Shown here piece after piece: positions 10,359 through 20,257 of a stretch of DNA of 64,000 bases. Numbering within the stretch: position 1 is the first letter of the stretch; each line of letters begins with the position of its first letter. Source of the stretch: Candidatus Poribacteria bacterium (GTDB lineage: Bacteria; Poribacteria; WGA-4E; WGA-3G); NCBI GenBank assembly GCA_965242965.1, contig OZ251518.1, forward strand, positions 896,001 to 960,000, given 5' to 3'. The position numbers and the translations under genes were made by a program. The notes beneath the pieces are model-generated. The model had not been told where the DNA came from, searched no databases, and saw only the letters and a program-made list of their open reading frames with translations.

Positions 10359-10415
10359 CATTCCGTTGCAAACATTATAGCATTAAACCATTAAAAATGG
10401 AAATGCCATTTTTTC

Positions 10416-10444
10416 TTGACAAAATTACGCAAAAATGCTAAAAT
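10416..10444 (+). promoter_or_regulatory. sigma70-type promoter of the LRR gene
   Basis: TTGACA, 17 nt, TAAAAT with TGn. Confidence 0.65.
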
Positions 10445-10569
10445 CCTAAACGGTGTGGTTTCCATCCGCCGGAAGCCTTTTGTTTACAAAATTTTGAACG
10501 TCGGTAACTTGTCCGATAGATAATTGCTAACGGGCAAATCCCCAACGAATCCTAAAAAGGAACGATGCT

Positions 10570-13500
10570 ATGAATTTCTATATTACTTTGAAACGCGCTA
10601 TCGTTTACGCGCCGTTTACGGCGGCGCGCGCCATCGGCACCGCATATAGCCGATTTAACCCCCCCCTATCCACGTCTGTTAACCTTGCCAAGGTTAGCAT
10701 TCTTCTGGCGTTGCTGGTGATTTCGTCCGCTTGCTGCTGGCTCCCAGTCGCTTCCGCACAGAGTCCCACTGTGAACATACCTGACACCGTTCTAGCCGCC
10801 GCAGTGGGCACCCAACTCTTTAACTCGGGAATAATAATGAATCTTGGGGATACCATTACGCGAGCACACATGTCCAACATCTGGTTCCAAGCCCTCGTCG
10901 TCAACGCCCCGGCGGATCCTACGAAGAAGATAAAAGACTTAACCGGGCTAGAGTTCGCGCCGAACTTAGTGACACTGTCGATCGAGGCTCATGACATCCG
11001 CAGCCTGGAACCTATTAAAGATTTGACAACTTTGAAGTATCTTAGGTTCACGGGCAGTGAGAATCTTGGCGACATTAGCCCAATCCGAGGTTTGACGAAT
11101 CTCGAGGAATTACAACTTGGGAACACAGGTATAAGCGACATTACGCCGCTCGCAAACTTGACAAACTTGGAGCACCTAGACCTGAAAAATAATGAGATTC
11201 ACGACATCTCTGCCCTTGCAAACTTGACAAAGTTGACGTTTCTCAACCTCTGGAACAACGCACCTCGCGACCAGCCGGAACTTAAGGGGAACAATCAGGT
11301 CCGCGATATCGGACCGCTCGCAAACTTGACAGCACTGACGCATTTGTATCTTGATGGGAATCAAATCAGCGACCTGACACCCCTCGCAAACTTGACAGAA
11401 TTGATACTCTTAGAAATTCAGGATAATCAAGTTCGCGACATCTCACCGATCACGGGAATAGCGCACAGGTTGAGGACTTTATTCCTTGATGGGAACCCAC
11501 TCAGTTATCGCTCGATTTACACGCATCTCCCAACCATCCGATCCAGAATAATCCCATCCAGAATAAACTTTGTCACGTTTGAGACTCCATCAGGGGATGC
11601 TACCCGAATTCCAGGGGGCCTTGTATCAATTTCTGGCGATGAACAAACCGGCATGTCCGGTGCGCCGCTGGCAGCACCGTTCGTTGTTGAAACGCGCGAC
11701 AGCGAAGGCGCACTCTTTGCCGGTGTCCCTTTGACTTTCACCATCACCGAGGGCGGCGGGACACTTAACCCCGTCCCTACGGAAACGGATGACGATGGGA
11801 GAGCTGAGGCGACGCTCACGCCGGTGACAACACTCGGAAGGCACACCGTGGCGGTAACCGTGATTCATGAAGGGACGACGCTAAGGACCGCGTTTACTGC
11901 GGATGTGCTGCCTGTCGCGCTGGCAGCACCCACGTTGGAGGATGCATTGCCTACGACACTGCAGGTGAGTTGGCCTGCGCCGGCGTATCCTGTTGAAGGC
12001 TACGAGGTCCGCTATCGGGTTAAGGACAGCGAGGCATGGACAGATGCAACCCATGAGGGGACAGGCACCAACATCACGCTCACCGATTTAATTCCCGGCA
12101 CGGCTTATGAGGCGCAAATCCGGGCGCAGACTACGGCGGGACCTAGTCCCTGGTCACCTTCGGTGAGCGGTATGACAGCGTATGTGCTGTTGACAACGCG
12201 GGAGTTAGCCCCTTCGCCTGTCGCCTCGGATCGCCTCGTTTTTAACGAACTGCGCAACGCCAATGATGATAAACACGATTGGCTGGAGGTGAAAAACATC
12301 AGCGATGCGGACATCCCACTTGCCGGTTGGGAAATCAGCATCGTCGCATCGGCAGGCGGTGCAGCCGATCAGGATGTTGACATCATCACGTTTCCGGCAT
12401 ACACGTTGCCTGCGGGGGAAGTCTTGCTCATCGTCAACACGTCGCCGAGTCAGACGGACCTGGCGAGTGGTGTGAACATTGCAACAGGCACCGGGAAGAA
12501 AGGCGCGAAACACCGGTATCTCGTCTCAGGCAAACTGAAGTTACCGCAGACATCCTATCTGTTACTATTGCGCAGCGTCACCGATAAAAATGGCACCGCC
12601 GAGGCGTTGGAGGATGTCGCGGGGAATTACTTCCGAGAAACCGGGGACCTCTTATTTGGTGACGAGGGAACGCAAGTATGGCCCCTTCAAGATACGGAGC
12701 GTCCCAGTCCCGCCGATGCCGCGTCGTTGGCAGTGGGTGAAGCCTGGGCGCGGATTTCAACGGAGCAGCGAGGTTACTTCGCCGCCGCCTGGTCCCGGAG
12801 TGGGTATCAAGCCGGGCTCGGGTATCGACCTAACGCCGTGACAGAGCCCACGAGTGTCGGCACACCAGGGTATGCAAATACGGCTGTCACTGGGGAGGCA
12901 CCGAGCGGCCGCGTCAGTATCAGCGAGTTGATGTTCTCTACCAAATCCGGTCGCCGCACGGTGCCGCAGTGGCTGGAGCTCTACAATAATTCCATGACGG
13001 AGGCAGTGAAGTTAGAAGGCTGGCGGTTGGAGGTGGAATACCTGACTGGGAAACCCGCGCGTCGGCATCGGTTCGATGCCGTTTCGCTCACGCCGCTCAC
13101 CGTGTTGCCGAATCAGACGGTCTTGCTGGTGACATGGCGTGCGGAGACATCCGGGCATTTTCCAGAAGGGAAACTCTACAACCTCTACTTTGAGCATCCG
13201 ACTGCATTTAACCAACGCGAGCGGCGGAATGACGTGTTGAATGCGGCGGGGTTCTCGGTGCGGCTCTTGGATGCAGGTGGCACTCTTGTCGATAGTGTTG
13301 GGAACTTGGATGGCGTGGCGCGCACGAAAGATGCACCGACTTGGGACGTGCCATCGGGAACAACCGCCGATGGCGCGCGGGTGTCTCTCCTCCGAAAATA
13401 TGAAGACAGCGCGCCGCTGCCGGGCACCGAGGCAGACAGTTGGGTGAGCGCATCGGAGGTGAAACTCGCAGTGTCCACCTATTATGGATGGGAGTCAGAC

Positions 13501-13899
13501 CTCGGGACACCTGGGTATCGGGACGGCGGTCCGCTGCCGGTTGTGTTATCGCACTTCCAGTCGGTTCGGACAGATGCGGGGGTTGTGATTCGTTGGACAA
13601 CCGAGTCGTCGTTGGAGAATGCGGGGTTTAACCTGCTGCGCGGGGAGAGCCGCCCAGGTCCGTTTACGCAAATCAACCGTGGTTTGATTGCCGGTGCCGG
13701 CACGACAGGCGAGCGTCGGACGTATACGTTCACGGATAGTGCTGCGAAACCGCGCGTGAGTTATTATTATCGTTTGGAGGAGGTTTCGTTTGGTGGTGTG
13801 CGTCAGGTGCTTGCGACGACGCGCGTAAGAGGGTCCGTGATGGCGAGTGGTAAACTTACTATGCGGTGGAGTCAGCTTAAGTCTCCCTCAGGCCCGTAG
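10570..13899 (+). CDS. Surface protein: internalin-like LRRs, Ig-like (Big) domain, FN3, two lamin-tail-like domains, PLPVxL Ig-like C-terminal domain
   Basis: Repeated ISDITPLANLTNLEHLDLKNN LRRs; ISGDEQTG..GAPLAAPFVVE; VSWPAP..GYEVRYR; FNELRN..DWLEVKN and ISELMF..QWLELYN; PLPVVLSHF..IRWTTES; ends GKLTMRWSQLK. Confidence 0.85.
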   Translation: MNFYITLKRAIVYAPFTAARAIGTAYSRFNPPLSTSVNLAKVSILLALLVISSACCWLPVASAQSPTVNIPDTVLAAAVGTQLFNSGIIMNLGDTITRAHMSNIWFQALVVNAPADPTKKIKDLTGLEFAPNLVTLSIEAHDIRSLEPIKDLTTLKYLRFTGSENLGDISPIRGLTNLEELQLGNTGISDITPLANLTNLEHLDLKNNEIHDISALANLTKLTFLNLWNNAPRDQPELKGNNQVRDIGPLANLTALTHLYLDGNQISDLTPLANLTELILLEIQDNQVRDISPITGIAHRLRTLFLDGNPLSYRSIYTHLPTIRSRIIPSRINFVTFETPSGDATRIPGGLVSISGDEQTGMSGAPLAAPFVVETRDSEGALFAGVPLTFTITEGGGTLNPVPTETDDDGRAEATLTPVTTLGRHTVAVTVIHEGTTLRTAFTADVLPVALAAPTLEDALPTTLQVSWPAPAYPVEGYEVRYRVKDSEAWTDATHEGTGTNITLTDLIPGTAYEAQIRAQTTAGPSPWSPSVSGMTAYVLLTTRELAPSPVASDRLVFNELRNANDDKHDWLEVKNISDADIPLAGWEISIVASAGGAADQDVDIITFPAYTLPAGEVLLIVNTSPSQTDLASGVNIATGTGKKGAKHRYLVSGKLKLPQTSYLLLLRSVTDKNGTAEALEDVAGNYFRETGDLLFGDEGTQVWPLQDTERPSPADAASLAVGEAWARISTEQRGYFAAAWSRSGYQAGLGYRPNAVTEPTSVGTPGYANTAVTGEAPSGRVSISELMFSTKSGRRTVPQWLELYNNSMTEAVKLEGWRLEVEYLTGKPARRHRFDAVSLTPLTVLPNQTVLLVTWRAETSGHFPEGKLYNLYFEHPTAFNQRERRNDVLNAAGFSVRLLDAGGTLVDSVGNLDGVARTKDAPTWDVPSGTTADGARVSLLRKYEDSAPLPGTEADSWVSASEVKLAVSTYYGWESDLGTPGYRDGGPLPVVLSHFQSVRTDAGVVIRWTTESSLENAGFNLLRGESRPGPFTQINRGLIAGAGTTGERRTYTFTDSAAKPRVSYYYRLEEVSFGGVRQVLATTRVRGSVMASGKLTMRWSQLKSPSGP

Positions 13900-14166
13900 G
13901 GCGAGGGCCTGTCCCTCGCCATGCACCGATCGCCAGGCTCTGTAAGTCAGGATCGCCAGATCCTGACCCGTTTGTGATCAGGCGATCACAAACTACAGAG
14001 GGGAAACACACATCGTGACGACAGAGATCGCGGGGGACAGGCCCCCGCGCTACGATAAAACGCCCCTTCGCTAACCAACGATCGCGGGGGACAGGCCCCC
14101 GCACTACGATAAAAAACGCCTCTTCGCTAATCCAACGATCGCGGGGGACAGGCCCCCGCGCTACGG
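13896..14166. repeat. REP/REPIN cluster; the GTAG foot supplies the upstream gene's TAG stop
   Basis: GTAGGGCGAGGGCCTGTCCCTCGCC starts at 13896; three tandem ATCGCGGGGGACAGGCCCCCGCRCTAC copies. Confidence 0.9.
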
Positions 14167-14215
14167 TAACACAGCGGAAGGAACGGAATCTCCCTGAAAA
14201 ACAACGCAAAATCTC

Positions 14216-14244
14216 TTGACATTTGCATCTATATTTGGTATCCT
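14216..14244 (+). promoter_or_regulatory. sigma70-type promoter, likely giving a leaderless mRNA
   Basis: TTGACA, 17 nt, TATCCT; ATG 8 nt downstream with no SD. Confidence 0.55.
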
Positions 14245-14252
14245 ATAGATAT

Positions 14253-15440
14253 ATGGAAAACGCAATCACAACTGATACCACAACATTAATGCTCCCACCG
14301 ACGGTGATTACCGGTCCCGGTGCATCCGATACCGTCGGCGAACAAGCGAAGCGGCTCGGCGCAACTTGCGCGCTAATTGTTACCGACCCGGGTATCGCAA
14401 AGATTGGATACGCGGACAAGATCTCGCAGCATTTGCGTGCCGCGGGGATAGGCACAACGTGCTTCGCCGATGTCACCCCAGATCCGACGTTGCAGAACGT
14501 CACGGTTGGACTCAAGCAGTACCGAGAGGTATCGTGCGATGTGATTGTCAGCATCGGCGGTGGCAGCGCGATTGACTGCGGCAAAGGCATCGCGATGAAG
14601 TTGACGAACGATGGCGATTTCGCCGATTACATGGGGATAGATAAAATTCCGAACCCCGGCGCGCCGCTGATTGCCATCCCGACTACCGGCGGCACGGGCA
14701 GCGAAGTCTCGAAAGTCACCGTGATTACGGACACTGAACGAAATGTTAAGATGATGCTCAGTAGTCCGTGTTTGCTTGCGCGCGTGGCAATCGTCGATGC
14801 GTTGCTTTCGCTCACAACGCCGCCGCACTTGACATCGGCAGTCGGCGTTGATGCGTTGACGCATGCGATAGAGGCGTTCATCTCCAAACGCGCGCAGCCG
14901 ATAACCGACGCGCTAGCATTGAAAGCGATTGCGTTGATTTCCGGTTCGCTGCGGCAGGCGTGGGCAGATGGCACCAACGTATCGGCGCGAACGGATATGA
15001 TGCTCGGCGCGTCTATCGCGGGGATGGCGTTCAGCAACTCCTCTGTCGCCTTAGTCCACGGCATGTCCCGTCCGATCGGTGCTTATTTTCATATTCACCA
15101 CGGGTTATCAAACGCTGTTCTGCTTCTTGACGTGATGGAGTTTAGTGTTGTCGGCGCGCCGTCACGCTTCGCAGCCATCGCGCGCGCGATGGGTGAACCT
15201 GTTGACGGTTTATCCCCGATGTCGCAGGCGGATACCGCCATTTCGGCTGTGGAACGACTCGTCACCGATATCCAGATGCCGCGCCTCGGTGACATCGGCA
15301 TTTCAAAAGATAAGTTTGATGCAGTCGTTGAACAGATGGCACGAGATGCGCTGGCGAGCGGCAGTCCGGCGAATAACCCGCGTCAGGCCACCGCGGAAGA
15401 GATAGTCGCTTTGTATCAGAAGTGCTACGCGCCGCGCTAA
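14253..15440 (+). CDS. Iron-containing alcohol dehydrogenase
   Basis: GGGSAIDCGK, PTTGGTGSE, GVDALTHAIE, VHGMS..HHGLSNA. Confidence 0.93.
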   Translation: MENAITTDTTTLMLPPTVITGPGASDTVGEQAKRLGATCALIVTDPGIAKIGYADKISQHLRAAGIGTTCFADVTPDPTLQNVTVGLKQYREVSCDVIVSIGGGSAIDCGKGIAMKLTNDGDFADYMGIDKIPNPGAPLIAIPTTGGTGSEVSKVTVITDTERNVKMMLSSPCLLARVAIVDALLSLTTPPHLTSAVGVDALTHAIEAFISKRAQPITDALALKAIALISGSLRQAWADGTNVSARTDMMLGASIAGMAFSNSSVALVHGMSRPIGAYFHIHHGLSNAVLLLDVMEFSVVGAPSRFAAIARAMGEPVDGLSPMSQADTAISAVERLVTDIQMPRLGDIGISKDKFDAVVEQMARDALASGSPANNPRQATAEEIVALYQKCYAPR

Positions 15441-15453
15441 ATCGGAGGAACTT

Positions 15454-16413
15454 GTGGACAGACTCAAAATCGTTGTTCCCGGCGATGCGCCGCCGCAAAT
15501 TCAAGGCTCGCCGCATCTGGAACGCCTGAAACCTTACGGCGATGTGGTGGTATACAACGACAGACCGGGGACTCCTGAAGAGAAACTTCGGCGCGCCGCT
15601 GATGCAGATATTCTCATCAATTCGCGCGGGTTGGTAAAGTGGCCCGCGGAAATTCTACGGCAGCTGCCCAAACTGAAACTCATCTCGCTGTGCTCTATTG
15701 GCACAGACATGATTGCGCTAGACGCGGCGAAAGAGCGAGGCATTGTCGTCTGTAATCAACCGGGCCGCACCGCGCCTGTCGTCGCCGAGCACAGTTTCGG
15801 GCTCATGTTCGCGCTGGCTAAACGCGCGGCATTCCTGACAGCGGCAGTGAAAGCCGGTGAATGGCCGCGCAGGGATAACGTCTATTTGCAAGGGAAGACG
15901 CTCGGCGTTATTGGCACGGGGCATATCGGTTCAGAAATGGCGCGCCTCGGCACCGCAATCGGCATGAACGTTATCGCATGGACATATCACCCCTCTGAAG
16001 AACGCGCGAAGCAGTTGGGTGTGCAATTCGTTGCGTTTGACGAGCTGCTCCGCGATTCGGATGTCGTCAGCCTGCATGTCAAGTTGACAGCGGCCAGTCG
16101 GCATCTCATCGGCGAGCGCGAATTGGGGTTGATGAAACCGAACGCGCTTTTAATCAACGTCGCGCGCGGCGGTGTGCTGGACACAGATGCCCTCGTCCGT
16201 GCCTTAAATAACGGATACCTCGGCGGTGCCGCCATTGATGTCTATGATGAGGAACCGCCACCGGCAAATCATCCGCTCCTGTCATGCGAACAGGTGATTT
16301 TCACGCCGCATTGTGCGGATATGACACCGGAAGGCGTTGAATTGCTCAATGAAGGCGCGGTGGATAATGTCATCGCTTTTTTGGAAGGGGAACCACAGAA
16401 TGTGGTGGGTTGA
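15454..16413 (+). CDS. D-isomer-specific 2-hydroxyacid dehydrogenase
   Basis: GVIGTGHIG, INVARG, DVYDEEP, TPHCA; GGAGG RBS before GTG. Confidence 0.92.
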   Translation: MDRLKIVVPGDAPPQIQGSPHLERLKPYGDVVVYNDRPGTPEEKLRRAADADILINSRGLVKWPAEILRQLPKLKLISLCSIGTDMIALDAAKERGIVVCNQPGRTAPVVAEHSFGLMFALAKRAAFLTAAVKAGEWPRRDNVYLQGKTLGVIGTGHIGSEMARLGTAIGMNVIAWTYHPSEERAKQLGVQFVAFDELLRDSDVVSLHVKLTAASRHLIGERELGLMKPNALLINVARGGVLDTDALVRALNNGYLGGAAIDVYDEEPPPANHPLLSCEQVIFTPHCADMTPEGVELLNEGAVDNVIAFLEGEPQNVVG

Positions 16414-16415
16414 GT

Positions 16416-16897
16416 GAGGGTGTCTCATATTTCGATGCGTTTCGGTAGGAGAGACCTCGGGTCTCGATTTCTTCGGATAGGCGCGCCCTCCTGGTCTCAA
16501 TGTGTTTCGTATCGGGACAAGGATGTCCCGCCTACCGGAAGGCATCGGGCCCATCTCTGTAGTTCGGGAGCGCCTGCTCCCGAACGGGTCAGGAGCAGGC
16601 GCTCCTGAACTACAGAGGAGATGCGCTCTGCCCGCCAAACGCATGGCGAGGGACAGGCCCTCGCCCTACGGTGAAAGGGGGCTTTCCTCCACCCGTACCG
16701 CGGGGGCCTGTCCCCCGCGATCGTTGGGTTGCGCGTGCATGAACGCTGGCGAGGGACAGGCCCTCGCCCTACGGTAACGCACGCCGTTTTTTATCGTAGC
16801 GCGGGGGCCCTCGGATGCCATACGCGCATCCGAGAGGGTTTCCCCCGCGATCGTTGGAGTGCGCGGACGATATTGAGACCGGGAGGTCTCTCCTACG
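16416..16897. repeat. REP/REPIN mosaic cluster beginning with a GAGGGTGTCTCATA end
   Basis: At least five hairpin families. Confidence 0.9.
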
Positions 16898-16954
16898 GGG
16901 ACGCACATTCACAAAATGCGCGGGTGGAAACCGCGCCACCTAATAAAAAGAAAA

Positions 16955-18970
16955 ATGGAAAAACAGCACGGAAATCCAAAAATCGGCGTTGATACCGGTG
17001 GCACCTTCACAGACATCGTTATGTTCGTCGATGGAACGCTCATGACGCATAAAGTCCTCTCCACGCCGCTGAACCCGGCGCACGCCGTGATACGAGGTGT
17101 CCACGACATCGTGGAAAGGCTTGCGCCGCGCCAAAATGCCGATATTGTGCACGGTTCGACGGTTGCCACCAACGCGCTTCTTGAACGGAGAGGTGCCAAA
17201 ATCGCATTGGTTACCACGAAAGGGTTTGAAGATGTCCTAGAAATTGGGAGGCAGGCGCGCCCAAGCCTTTATGATTTCTGGGTGGAACGCCCGGCTCCCC
17301 TCGTGCCAGCCGAAAGACGATTCGGAGTTGCCGAAAGGACACTCCACACCGGTGTCACCGAAACCCCGATTGACACGGAGCAGTTAGACACGCTCGCAAA
17401 ACATCTCGCGACGTTATCACTCGATGCGATTGCTATCTGCTTCCTCTTCTCTTACGTGAATCCGCAGAACGAACAGATTGCCGCCGAACACCTGGCCACG
17501 CTCAACATTCCGATTTCGTGCTCTCACGAAATTTTGCCGGAATACCGCGAGTATGAACGCTTCAGCACCACAGTGGCGAATGCTTATATCCGGCCCACTT
17601 TGGAACGCCACCTCTCCACGCTGAGCGAATCTCAGCGGTTTCCAAAGTCTTTCCGTTTGATGCTGTCCAATGGGGGCAGTATTTCGGCGAGGAATTTCCA
17701 CGCTGCGGGTATCCGGACTGTGCTTTCTGGACCCGCGGGTGGTGTTATCGGCGCGTATCACGTCGCGAAAACCGCCGGTTATCAGAAAATCATCACGTTT
17801 GATATGGGCGGCACCTCCACCGATGTCAGTCTGTGCGATAACGGCATATCCATGACCACCGAGAGCACTATCAGCGGGCTCCCCATCAAAGTGCCGCTCA
17901 TTGATATCCACACCGTCGGCGCGGGCGGCGGCTCCATCGCGAGTGTGGATGCCGGCGGTGCCCTGCGCGTCGGACCGGAAAGTGCAGGCGCAGACCCGGG
18001 CCCCATCTGTTATGGAAAGGGAGAAGAGATTACCGTTACCGATGCGAACCTCTTTTTAGGTAGGATTGAACCGAATCGGTTTTTAGGCGGGAAGATGCAA
18101 CTCGCATCCGACGCGACCCGGGAGCATCTGGAAAAATTCAGTGTTGGACTTGGAATGTCGCCGGTGGAAGCCGCCGATGGCATTCTGAAAGTGGCGAACG
18201 CGACGATGGAGCGCGCCATCAAAGTCATCTCTGTTGAGCGCGGTTTTGACACGCGCGATTTCACGCTGGTTTCCTTCGGCGGCGCGGGCGGTTTGCACGC
18301 CGCATTCTTGGCAGAAAACCTCGGCATTCAAACAGTGCTTATTCCACCGAACGGCGGCTTACTCTCCGCCTACGGCATGCTCTTCGCCGATGTCGTCAAA
18401 GATTATTCGCAAACGGTGCTGTGGACGTTCCAAAGCACGGGTGACACTCCAACGGAACAACTCACTGCCGGTTTTACGACACTCCTCGCCAGGGCGGAGA
18501 ACGAAATGCAAACGGAGGGGTTCGCGCCGCATCAACTCAACATCGCGTGTTCACTTGACATGCGATATGAGGGACAATCTTATGAGTTGAATATCCCTTA
18601 CCTTGAGACAGATTTCATCGCCAAATTCCACGCCGCCCACGAACAGCGGTTCAGTTATGCGCGTCCCGAAGCAGCAGTAGAAGTCGTCAACCTCCGTCTC
18701 ACTGCCATCGGCGAAACCGAAAAGCCGGCGATTCTTCCTGAACGCCTTACCGATTCCGAGGTTTCTCCAAGTGCCCGCGTCGCGACAATGCCTGTCGTTT
18801 TTGAAGGGAAAGCGCGCCCAACCGATTTCTATCGCCGCGAGGCATTGTGTCCGGGTAACGAGATTGAAGGACCGGCTATCATCACAGAATTCAGTGCGAC
18901 TACCGTCGTGCCGCCTGATTTCCGCGCCACCGTCGATGCCTATCGGAATCTCATTTTGCGGCATCAGTAG
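16955..18970 (+). CDS. Hydantoinase/oxoprolinase A subunit family protein
   Basis: GVDTGGTFTD, HGSTVATNALLE, SGPAGG, DMGGTSTD, GAGGGS, GPESAGADPGP. Confidence 0.92.
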   Translation: MEKQHGNPKIGVDTGGTFTDIVMFVDGTLMTHKVLSTPLNPAHAVIRGVHDIVERLAPRQNADIVHGSTVATNALLERRGAKIALVTTKGFEDVLEIGRQARPSLYDFWVERPAPLVPAERRFGVAERTLHTGVTETPIDTEQLDTLAKHLATLSLDAIAICFLFSYVNPQNEQIAAEHLATLNIPISCSHEILPEYREYERFSTTVANAYIRPTLERHLSTLSESQRFPKSFRLMLSNGGSISARNFHAAGIRTVLSGPAGGVIGAYHVAKTAGYQKIITFDMGGTSTDVSLCDNGISMTTESTISGLPIKVPLIDIHTVGAGGGSIASVDAGGALRVGPESAGADPGPICYGKGEEITVTDANLFLGRIEPNRFLGGKMQLASDATREHLEKFSVGLGMSPVEAADGILKVANATMERAIKVISVERGFDTRDFTLVSFGGAGGLHAAFLAENLGIQTVLIPPNGGLLSAYGMLFADVVKDYSQTVLWTFQSTGDTPTEQLTAGFTTLLARAENEMQTEGFAPHQLNIACSLDMRYEGQSYELNIPYLETDFIAKFHAAHEQRFSYARPEAAVEVVNLRLTAIGETEKPAILPERLTDSEVSPSARVATMPVVFEGKARPTDFYRREALCPGNEIEGPAIITEFSATTVVPPDFRATVDAYRNLILRHQ

Positions 18971-19245
18971 GAGAGACCTCCCGGTCTCGATGCGCGCCCA
19001 GTAGGAGAGACCTCCCGGTCTCGATTGCCCCCGTATCGGGACAAGGATATCCCTCCTACCCACACCCGTTCGGGACAAGGATGTCCCGCCTACCCAAACG
19101 CATATCGGGACAAGGATGTCCCGCCTACCCAAACGCGATGCCCCCAGTAGGAGAGACCTCCTGGTCTCGATGCAATTCCCGTATCGGGACAAGGATGTCC
19201 CTCCTACCCACACGCATTCGGGACAGGGATGTCCCTCCTACCCAC
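18967..19245. repeat. BIME-like array of GTAGGAGAGACCTCCYGGTCTCGAT and CGGGACAAGGATGTCCCKCCTAC
   Basis: 3 + 5 copies; the first GTAG supplies the stop codon of the hydantoinase gene. Confidence 0.9.
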
Positions 19246-19269
19246 ACGCGGAGGAGAGCCCTTCCTGCC

Positions 19270-20181
19270 TCACCAATTCGTATCATAATCCCAATTCACG
19301 CGTTGTCTACCGTAGCGTTTACCCGCAATTTCAGTCTGGTGACAATCAAAACATCGATGGAAATCCCCAACGCCGTGCAATTCGTGCGCTTCTTGAATTT
19401 CGGGCGTGTTATGCACGTGGCAGACAATGCACGTATAACTGCGATAGGCATTATCGGCGTAGATGCCGAGTTTTGCGTTGTTTTCGCCCGCGCTGACATG
19501 ATAGACGCGCCCACTTTTTTCATCGGTAATTTTCCACGCGCGTCCCTCCGTTTTCACGGCAACCGGCGAAGTCTGCGAGATGTTAATGCCGTGTTGCAAA
19601 AGCCACCAATGAATATCGTCAGGGACAACTCCCGCGGTATCCAACTCTGGCTGAACAGCTGCATCGACGTGGAACAACAGCGGTTCGGAGGTATGACACC
19701 TCGCGCACGGGACATCGTGGACATCGGTGAGCGGGAAAAATGCGTCGTGCTCCAACTTTTTCTGTCCATGGAACACAATGCCGATTAATAGCACCGGCGC
19801 GAGGATGAGATGACACCGTAGCAGGATCTGCCGCGTGCGGCGCGTTGTGAAACTGACAGCGAGCCCTGTCCCTAAATTCGCCATCGCCAGCAAAAAGGTC
19901 AGCCACGAATGCCACTCAAGCGGTTGGAAAGCGGAGTGGATAAGCACTAAGCACAATCCTAATGAGGCGAAGCGTTGATGGTATCTCAACCAGACTTGTC
20001 TACTTCCCCAGCGAATCCATCGCACTCTAAAGAAATAGAGCGCGGCGATGACAATGGCGATAGCACCGATGATGCTTAGCGGGTGTCTCGCCTCGCCGAA
20101 ACTGCCATACCGCCAGATGCAGAGTATTGAGATGAGAACGGCACCGATAACGCCGTGCGCGATGTTGATGAAAACTTTCAT
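19270..20181 (-). CDS. Membrane-bound multiheme cytochrome c (3 CxxCH) with a His-containing transmembrane (TM) domain
   Basis: CARCH, CIVCH, CFDCH; about 5 hydrophobic helices carrying YHQR, IHS, CHL and FHG. Confidence 0.75.
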   Translation of the reverse strand: MKVFINIAHGVIGAVLISILCIWRYGSFGEARHPLSIIGAIAIVIAALYFFRVRWIRWGSRQVWLRYHQRFASLGLCLVLIHSAFQPLEWHSWLTFLLAMANLGTGLAVSFTTRRTRQILLRCHLILAPVLLIGIVFHGQKKLEHDAFFPLTDVHDVPCARCHTSEPLLFHVDAAVQPELDTAGVVPDDIHWWLLQHGINISQTSPVAVKTEGRAWKITDEKSGRVYHVSAGENNAKLGIYADNAYRSYTCIVCHVHNTPEIQEAHELHGVGDFHRCFDCHQTEIAGKRYGRQRVNWDYDTNW

Positions 20182-20257
20182 GAGATAAACGTTATCACAA
20201 ATCGTTCGTGAACGCAAGAAAAAAGTTCTTTACGGTGACAAAACGCTGCCCCTTCAC

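Noticed and set aside
16955-18970. Hydantoinase A without an adjacent B subunit as a novelty
   Set aside because: The partner may be encoded elsewhere; cannot be judged from this window.
18967-19245. Repeat arrays here and at 42339-42790 and 60630-60875 as CRISPR arrays
   Set aside because: Repeats alternate in family and orientation, spacers are short, irregular or identical, the same units are scattered across the window, and there are no cas genes.
19081-19788. 235-aa plus-strand ORF and other long antisense ORFs (e.g. 9503-10054, 26212-26844, 47136-47777)
   Set aside because: Shadow frames of well-supported genes on the opposite strand in GC-rich DNA.
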